The notes below the pieces were generated by a model that worked only from the letters and a program-made list of their open reading frames with translations, was not told where the DNA came from and did no database searches. Below, in pieces: positions 6,690 to 12,674 of a stretch of DNA of 12,674 nucleotides. Both the position numbers and the translations under genes were made by a program. How positions within the stretch are numbered: the first letter of the stretch is position 1; every line of letters starts with the position of its first letter. This DNA comes from Bacteriovoracaceae bacterium (GTDB lineage Bacteria > Bdellovibrionota > Bacteriovoracia > Bacteriovoracales > Bacteriovoracaceae): NCBI GenBank assembly GCA_041586955.1, contig JBFGZE010000087.1:1-12674 (forward strand), given 5' to 3'.

Positions 6690-6786
6690 AATACTAGCTT
6701 TTTCCCCTCTCAACATTGTTAATCCCTTCTTTTTTTACTATCCTCGCTGTTAAACTTTTATCCCAAACCTGTTTGAGGGGTGTCTT

Positions 6787-7791
6787 TTGAGCGATTTATT
6801 AGATCAGTTTACCTTAGATTTTGAACGGCCAGTTCGAGCTTTAGAAAACCAAATTAAAGATTTAAAGGAAGCCTCTTCAAGGCCAGAGCTTGATATTTCT
6901 CGTGAGATTAAGGCCTTGGAGAAAAAGGTTAGTAATCTTATTAAAGAAATTTATGGCAATCTTACCCCTTGGGAAAGAGTTCAATTGTCACGCCATCCAA
7001 GCCGTCCTCATACAGTTGATTATATCAAAAATATTTTTACTGACTTTCATGAAGTTTGTGGTGATCGCAAATTTGCAAATGACCCCGCTTTAATTACCGG
7101 CTTTGCTTATCTTGGAGATCAAAAAGTTTGTGTTGTTGGTATTGAAAAAGGTCGCAAGACTAAAGAAAAGGTCAAGCATAACTTTGGTATGCCAAGACCA
7201 GAGGGTTATCGTAAGGCCCTCAGGGTCATGAAAACGGCAAGCCAATTTAATATTCCTATCATTACTTTGATTGATACTCCAGGTGCCTATCCAGGGATTG
7301 GCGCTGAAGAGAGAGGTCAGGCCTGCGCCATTGCTGATAATATCGCAGAAATGTTTGACCTCAATGGCCCAATCATCTCAGTTGTTGTTGGAGAAGGCGG
7401 TTCCGGAGGAGCGCTTGGGGTTGCTATTGCAGATAAAGTGCTAATGATGGAGTACTCCATTTATTCAGTCATCTCCCCTGAGTCTTGTGCCTCCATTTTA
7501 TGGGCCGATCCAAAGAAAGCTGAAACAGCTGCGAACTCCCTTCAATTGGGCCCTCAAAAGGCCCTTGAATTGCAAGTGATCGATGGTGTTATTGCTGAAC
7601 CTGCAGGTGGTGCCCATAAAGATGCCGGGGAAGCATTTGCTCTTGTTCAAAAAGCTTTGGAAAAAGAGGTTAAAGCTTTGAGTAAGATTTCTAAAAAGCG
7701 TTTGAAAGAAAATCGATTTCAGAAATTTAGACAGATGGGAAATCAAACGGTTGAGGGCAACCTCGATTGGCAATCACTGTTATTATCCTGA
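6787..7791 (+). CDS. accA: Acetyl-CoA carboxylase carboxyltransferase alpha subunit
   Basis: LDFERP, LTPWERVQLSRHPSRP, NFGMPRPEGYRKALR, IDTPGAYPGIGAEERGQ, GEGGSGGAL, YSVISPESCASILW, EPAGGAH. TTG start with SD GAGGGG. Confidence 0.98.
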   Translation: MSDLLDQFTLDFERPVRALENQIKDLKEASSRPELDISREIKALEKKVSNLIKEIYGNLTPWERVQLSRHPSRPHTVDYIKNIFTDFHEVCGDRKFANDPALITGFAYLGDQKVCVVGIEKGRKTKEKVKHNFGMPRPEGYRKALRVMKTASQFNIPIITLIDTPGAYPGIGAEERGQACAIADNIAEMFDLNGPIISVVVGEGGSGGALGVAIADKVLMMEYSIYSVISPESCASILWADPKKAETAANSLQLGPQKALELQVIDGVIAEPAGGAHKDAGEAFALVQKALEKEVKALSKISKKRLKENRFQKFRQMGNQTVEGNLDWQSLLLS

Positions 7792-7800
7792 GAGGAATTT

Positions 7801-8676
7801 ATGACTATTTCATCTATGACAGGCTTTGGTAAAGGGGAAGCCTCCGGTGAGGAGTACTCTGTAAATGTAGAAATTAAGAGTGTTAATCATCGTTTCAAAG
7901 ATATCCGCTTTAAAATGTCTTCCATTTTTAATGCTGTCGAAGTTGAGTTAAGAAAGAAATTATCCCATAAGTTTTGCCGCGGCTCTTTTGATGTTTTTAT
8001 CAATTTTAAACGGGCGGAAAATAACAATAAATTTGATGATATTGACCTCAATAAGGTGCAAGGCCTTATTAATACCCTCAAGCCAACTTTTGATGAGCAG
8101 GGGGTACAAATGACAATAAACCCCACAGATTTTTGCCGTTCTGAGTTTTTGACGGACAAGGATCTTTCCAAAGATCCGCTCCTTTTGGAATTACTTATTA
8201 CCGCTTTTGATCAGGCGGTGATTAGCCTTGGAGAGTCCCGCTCACAAGAAGGAGAGAAGTTAAAAGCGGTATTAGTGGATCATAAAGGTCAGTATTTAAA
8301 ACATTTTAAAATCATTGAAGAAAAAGCCGATGAGTTCCAAAAGCATGTGAAAGAGAGATTGACGAAGAAATTTAAAGAAATGATTTCGGAAATCAAAATT
8401 GATGAGCCCCGCTATATGCAAGAGGTGGTTTATTATTTAGAGAAAATGGATGTGCAGGAAGAAATCAACCGCATTAAAGTTCACCTCGCCAAACTCGATC
8501 AGCTTTTATTAAAAGGTGGTGAAACGGGGCGGCAAATGGACTTTTTGGTTCAAGAACTCAACCGGGAAACCAATACGATTGGCTCAAAAAGTAATATGGA
8601 AGAAGTTTCAGAGTCAGTAATCCAAATGAAGGTTCATTTGGAGAAAATTCGGGAACAAGGTTTAAATATTGAATGA
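7801..8676 (+). CDS. yicC: YicC/YloC family endoribonuclease
   Basis: SMTGFG N-terminus, EIKSVNHRF, DVQEEINR, GRQMDFLVQELNRETNTIGSK, LEKIREQGLNIE C-terminus. Confidence 0.96.
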   Translation: MTISSMTGFGKGEASGEEYSVNVEIKSVNHRFKDIRFKMSSIFNAVEVELRKKLSHKFCRGSFDVFINFKRAENNNKFDDIDLNKVQGLINTLKPTFDEQGVQMTINPTDFCRSEFLTDKDLSKDPLLLELLITAFDQAVISLGESRSQEGEKLKAVLVDHKGQYLKHFKIIEEKADEFQKHVKERLTKKFKEMISEIKIDEPRYMQEVVYYLEKMDVQEEINRIKVHLAKLDQLLLKGGETGRQMDFLVQELNRETNTIGSKSNMEEVSESVIQMKVHLEKIREQGLNIE

Positions 8677-9251
8677 TGAATACTGAAAAAAAAGGCAAAA
8701 TTATTGTTATTGTCGCCCCCTCGGGCACAGGTAAGTCGACTCTTATTAAGAGACTCAAAGAGGAATTTCGCTCACTTCATTGGTCAGTCTCTTTTACCAC
8801 TAGACCGCAAAGGGAAGGTGAAGTCGATGGGAAGCATTATTTTTTTATTTCTGAAGAAGAGTTTTTAAGAAAAAGAGACCAAGATGCTTTTGTCGAGTGG
8901 GCCAATGTTCATGGCAATTATTATGGCACCTCAAAGGGTTTTGTCCTGAGTAAAGTTAACCATGGCCATTCAGTTTTATTCGATCTTGATGTACAGGGGA
9001 CTGATTCGTTTAAAAAGTTTTTTGGCGATGATGCCCAAGCGATTTTTATTGCAGCACCGTCTTTAGAAGAGTTGGAGCGACGGCTACGTAATCGTGGCAC
9101 AGAATCGGAAGAAGTGATAGAGTTACGATTGAAGAATGCCCGGGAAGAAATGAAAAGACGGGATGATTACGATTATTGTGTGGTTAATGACGATTTGGAC
9201 CGCGCTTATGAAGATTTAAGAAGGGTCTTTAAAGAAATTTTGGGGGAATAA
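8673..9251 (+). CDS. gmk: Guanylate kinase
   Basis: APSGTGKST P-loop, SVSFTTRPQREGEVDGKHYFF, EWANVHGNYYGT, DLDVQG, LERRLRNRGTE, YDYCVVNDDL. ATGA overlap with the yicC stop (start may be 8676). Confidence 0.98.
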   Translation: MMNTEKKGKIIVIVAPSGTGKSTLIKRLKEEFRSLHWSVSFTTRPQREGEVDGKHYFFISEEEFLRKRDQDAFVEWANVHGNYYGTSKGFVLSKVNHGHSVLFDLDVQGTDSFKKFFGDDAQAIFIAAPSLEELERRLRNRGTESEEVIELRLKNAREEMKRRDDYDYCVVNDDLDRAYEDLRRVFKEILGE

Positions 9252-9252
9252 T

Positions 9253-11445
9253 TTGTTTCGCTCGTTGGATTTTTCACATGAACGAGATATTACGCTCGAC
9301 GATTTAGTTCGGAGAGTGGAAGCTTATTACCCAGATGCTGATTTTGTCTTATTAAAAAAGGCCTATCTTTTTGCACAAAAGGCCCATGAAGGTCAAAAGA
9401 GAAGTTCCGGTGAGGACTATTTTATTCACCCCTTAAATGTCTCTGCAACATTGATTAAGTTGCGCATGGACATTGAAAGTATTGTGGCAGGACTCCTTCA
9501 TGATGTTGTTGAAGATTGTAATATTTCTCCGACCGATCTAGAAAAAGAATTCAATACTGATGTTGCCCAAATTGTCGTTGGGTTGACCAAAATTTCTAAA
9601 ATTAAATTTAAAACTAAAGAAGAATCCCAAGCGGAAAACTTTCGTAAAATGGTTGTCGCCATGGCGAAAGATATTCGTGTGATTATCGTTAAGTTAGCGG
9701 ATCGCATGCATAATATGCGGACATTACAATATGTCTCAGAAGAGAAGCAGAAAAAAATAGCTCAAGAGACTCTCGATATTTATGTCCCCCTGGCAAGTCG
9801 TCTAGGAATTAATTCTGTTAAGGGGGAGCTAGAAGACCTTTGTTTAAGGTTTCTTCATCCCGATATTTATTATCGTTTGGCCGAAAAAGTCGCCATGAAA
9901 AAGACTGACCGTGATGGCTATATCCGCAATGTGATTGAAATTATTCAAGAGAAATTGTCGGAATATAATGTCAAGGCGGAGACAAAAGGACGATCTAAAC
10001 ATTTCTATTCAATTTATAAAAAAATGAAAGCGCGCGGTGTTGATTTTGAACAAATTCAAGATGTCCTGGCCTTTCGTATTATTCTTAATAATATCACTGA
10101 ATGCTATAAGGCATTGGGAATTATGCACTCTTCTTTTAAGCCCATTCCTGGGCGCTTTAAAGACTTTATTGCGATTCCTAAGGTTAATGGTTATCAATCC
10201 CTTCACACGATGGTGATTGGGCCCCAGGCAGAGAGGATCGAAATTCAAATTCGTACCAGTGATATGGATGAGGTCGCGGAAACAGGTGTCGCCGCCCACT
10301 GGAAATATAAGGAAGGTATCGCTAGCGGTAGTGCTAAGTTGGACTGGATTGATCAATTATTAGAATTCAATCAGAACGTTAAAAATAATTATGAATTTAT
10401 GGATGTTGTCAAAAACGACCTCGATGCAGGTGGTATTTTTGTCTTTACACCAAAAGGTGATGTTCGTGAATTGCGCTATGGGGCCACTCCCTTAGATCTC
10501 GCCTATGCTGTCCATACAGAAGTAGGGGCGCGTTGTGTGGGGGCCAAAGTTAATGGCCGAATGGTTTCGTTACGACATACACTTAAATCTGGCGATACCG
10601 TCGATATCCTGACCTCAAAGACTCAAACCCCATCCAAAGATTGGCTTAGCATTGTTAAGTCATCTCGTGCCAAAACTAAGATTAAGCAGTTTTTATTAAA
10701 AGTTGAGCGCGAAAATAACAAAGTCCTTGGCAAAGACATATTGGAAAAAACGTGCCGTATTTTTGGTACTTCCCTCAAAGCTCTCGCCAAGAAAGGTGAT
10801 TTGGAATTCCTCGTTAAGGAATTTCATTTGTCCAATGAGGATGACCTTTATATTCGAGTTGGTTCCGGTAAATTAAAACCTAAAGAAGTTATTCAAAAAT
10901 GCCCTTCTGTTAAAAACGTAGAAGAGAATACGGTCCCTGAAGAACATTTAACTGAAATAGAATCCTATACGAATAAGTTAACTCGTACTGTACGCAAAAA
11001 GGCGAATAAAGATAATGCGGTTATTGTTGATGGTATGGACGATTTAATGGTTCGCTTGGCCCGTTGTTGTAATCCCATTCCTGGTGACCCCATTATCGGC
11101 TACGTTACTCGTGGCCGGGGGATTACTGTTCATACTGGTCGGTGCCAACGTATGGATGAGGGCGATATGGGGCGTACTATTCATGTCGAATGGAATAATG
11201 AGTTTAGTTTTAAACATCCAGTAAATGTTCGTGTTATTACCCACGATCGACCGGGAATCTTATCCAATATTTCTAAAAGTATTACCAATATCGGCGTTAA
11301 TATTAGGAGCGCTTTGGCCAAATCTCTGCCTGATCGCAAGGGGAGCTTTATTTTTGAAATTGAAGTGAAGGATTATTCTGAGCTACTCAAGACCATTTCT
11401 ATTATTGAAGGCCATGAGGAAGTGATCTCAGTCACAAGGGTATAG
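9253..11445 (+). CDS. rel: Long RelA/SpoT homolog, bifunctional (p)ppGpp synthetase/hydrolase (Rel)
   Basis: HD hydrolase domain intact (HEGQKRSSGE, HP, LLHDVVED, KLADRMHN). Synthetase GRSKHFYSI, RFKD (RxKD), YQSLHT, EIQIRT. TGS FVFTPKGD. ZFD CCNPIPGD. ACT DRPGIL. TTG start 1 nt after the gmk stop. Confidence 0.97.
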   Translation: MFRSLDFSHERDITLDDLVRRVEAYYPDADFVLLKKAYLFAQKAHEGQKRSSGEDYFIHPLNVSATLIKLRMDIESIVAGLLHDVVEDCNISPTDLEKEFNTDVAQIVVGLTKISKIKFKTKEESQAENFRKMVVAMAKDIRVIIVKLADRMHNMRTLQYVSEEKQKKIAQETLDIYVPLASRLGINSVKGELEDLCLRFLHPDIYYRLAEKVAMKKTDRDGYIRNVIEIIQEKLSEYNVKAETKGRSKHFYSIYKKMKARGVDFEQIQDVLAFRIILNNITECYKALGIMHSSFKPIPGRFKDFIAIPKVNGYQSLHTMVIGPQAERIEIQIRTSDMDEVAETGVAAHWKYKEGIASGSAKLDWIDQLLEFNQNVKNNYEFMDVVKNDLDAGGIFVFTPKGDVRELRYGATPLDLAYAVHTEVGARCVGAKVNGRMVSLRHTLKSGDTVDILTSKTQTPSKDWLSIVKSSRAKTKIKQFLLKVERENNKVLGKDILEKTCRIFGTSLKALAKKGDLEFLVKEFHLSNEDDLYIRVGSGKLKPKEVIQKCPSVKNVEENTVPEEHLTEIESYTNKLTRTVRKKANKDNAVIVDGMDDLMVRLARCCNPIPGDPIIGYVTRGRGITVHTGRCQRMDEGDMGRTIHVEWNNEFSFKHPVNVRVITHDRPGILSNISKSITNIGVNIRSALAKSLPDRKGSFIFEIEVKDYSELLKTISIIEGHEEVISVTRV

Positions 11446-11508
11446 CACTTTGCGGCGTGACTCCTGACCTAAAAACTTTCTACTGTATGCCTTAATTAGG
11501 AAAAAATT

Positions 11509-12630
11509 ATGGCCGTGCAAGTTGCAACTCACCAATTATATAAAGCATTTCAAAAGATCGGACAGGTCTTGGAAAAGCGTGCCAGCGATATCTTAACAAG
11601 TCTTGTTTGTTTAAAGGCCTGTAAAGATGAGCAAAAATTGGTGCTGATGGCCACCGATTATGAGAATACAATTAACCTTAATATACCAGCGTATATTGAG
11701 AGCGATTGGGAGGGTGCTCTAGAGGGGCATGAATTTTTTCACTTGGTAAGAGAAATTGACTATGAATCGATTTCCTTAGATCTTATAGATAATAAAAACA
11801 TTCTCATTACAAGTGATGGCCTTAGTTGCGAAATGCCTTTAATTCCCCATGATCATATTCAGGCCTTGAATTTAGAAAAAATAGAAGGCGATTCGTTTGA
11901 CTCAGGTGATCTTCTTAATTTATTAGAAAAGGTATCCTTTGCTGTAGGTGACCAGGCCTTTCAGATTAATTTATCTGGAGTTTATGTTAGACCTTACCAT
12001 GGTAAGCTTAATGCTATTGCCACTAATGGCTATTTGGTCGCGTGGAATGAGGTTGGCCTTGGCCAGACTTCGTGGGATGATAATTTTCCTCCCGTGCTTA
12101 TTCCTGGGAAGTCTGTCGGCATTTTATTGAAAATCCTTAAGGCGGATAAACCTCAATTTAAATTTAAGGTGCAAAATAATTATTTGTTATTGGAATTAGA
12201 TAATGTTCTTTTAAAGATTCGCTTAATTGACCGCGAGTATGTCAATATTGATAGTGTTTATCCACGTCAATTTTCCAGTGAAATATTAATTGATAAACAA
12301 AAATTGATTTCCGTTTTACGCCGTATCAGTCTTTTTTCCGGTGACCGTTCCCGCTCGGTAGCAATCCAACTAAAAGATGATCAATTAAATATTACTTCGC
12401 TTGATAGTCAGGCATCTCGTGCTCAGGAGTCGATCGCTCTTAAACGGCCGGCCAAAGGAGCACTCGTTGAACTAAGAGTTAATTCTTTATTGCTTTTAGA
12501 TTCTCTTTCTCGAATTGAAGATGCTGAGTGTAAAATATCTTATGACAATGTCATGTCACCATTTTTAATTAGCTCAAAGAATGAAGATTATAGAGAGAAA
12601 TATCTAATGACCCCTCTTCGATCACGTTAG
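11509..12630 (+). CDS. Divergent DNA polymerase III beta sliding clamp (DnaN) homolog
   Basis: 373 aa, a full three-domain clamp length. Colinear DnaN motifs: LMATDYE, KVSFAV...LSGVY, AIATNG, VLIPGK, IRLID, VLRRISLFS, LNITS, AQESI, VN...LLDSL, C-terminal YLMTPLR. SD-like AGGA at 11498-11501. Confidence 0.88.
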   Translation: MAVQVATHQLYKAFQKIGQVLEKRASDILTSLVCLKACKDEQKLVLMATDYENTINLNIPAYIESDWEGALEGHEFFHLVREIDYESISLDLIDNKNILITSDGLSCEMPLIPHDHIQALNLEKIEGDSFDSGDLLNLLEKVSFAVGDQAFQINLSGVYVRPYHGKLNAIATNGYLVAWNEVGLGQTSWDDNFPPVLIPGKSVGILLKILKADKPQFKFKVQNNYLLLELDNVLLKIRLIDREYVNIDSVYPRQFSSEILIDKQKLISVLRRISLFSGDRSRSVAIQLKDDQLNITSLDSQASRAQESIALKRPAKGALVELRVNSLLLLDSLSRIEDAECKISYDNVMSPFLISSKNEDYREKYLMTPLRSR

Positions 12631-12674
12631 AAGAAATCGAGAGTTTCAAAGTCGTCGTAATTCCATAAAAGAAG
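12627..12674 (-). CDS. Probable 3' end of a convergent gene entering from the right edge (...LLLWNYDDFETLDFF*)
   Basis: A minus-strand frame is open from the window edge to TAA at 12629-12627. It overlaps the clamp stop in the same way as the other convergent pairs here. Only 16 codons are visible. Confidence 0.4.
   Translation of the reverse strand, partial: LLLWNYDDFETLDFF

Noticed and set aside
3514..6753. Short ORFs 3514-3702(-), 4104-4379(+), 5492-5695(+), 5972-6178(-), 6435-6716(-), 6538-6753(+)
   Set aside because: They overlap stronger genes and have no recognisable family features or good RBS.
9253..11445. Monofunctional RelA or hydrolase-dead variant
   Set aside because: The HD motif (HDVVED) and RxKD synthetase motif are both intact, so this is an ordinary bifunctional Rel.
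11481..11500. LexA (SOS) box upstream of the clamp gene (TACTGTATGCCTTAATTAGG)
   Set aside because: Only the left half-site resembles the E. coli CTGT-N8-ACAG box. The right half does not match.
6890..12130. Short ORFs 6890-7093, 7498-7773, 7887-8171, 8558-8758, 9498-9707, 10009-10356, 11044-11244, 11948-12130
   Set aside because: Antisense or out-of-frame shadows of accA, yicC, gmk, rel and the clamp gene.

Overview
AT-rich, tightly packed bacterial chromosomal segment. The gene set and protein style suggest Bdellovibrionota (Bacteriovoracia-like), but this is inference only. From left to right it carries: a truncated structured non-coding element; tRNA-Leu(CAA); a small secreted protein with two Cys-paired repeats; an acyltransferase plus atypical SDR pair; a small coiled-coil protein; yihA/engB; a sigma54-dependent activator with a degenerate FHA-like N-terminus; an orphan FliL-like membrane protein behind a sigma28-type promoter; a lipoprotein with a BamE/SmpA-like C-terminus; and a co-directional run accA-yicC-gmk-rel (no rpoZ) ending in a highly divergent DNA polymerase III beta-clamp (DnaN) homolog. 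The clamp has no dnaA/recF/gyrB next to it and its partner-binding pocket is remodelled. The clamp paralog, the Cys-repeat secreted peptide and the structured element beside the tRNA are the most interesting items. No integrase, transposase or CRISPR array is visible.
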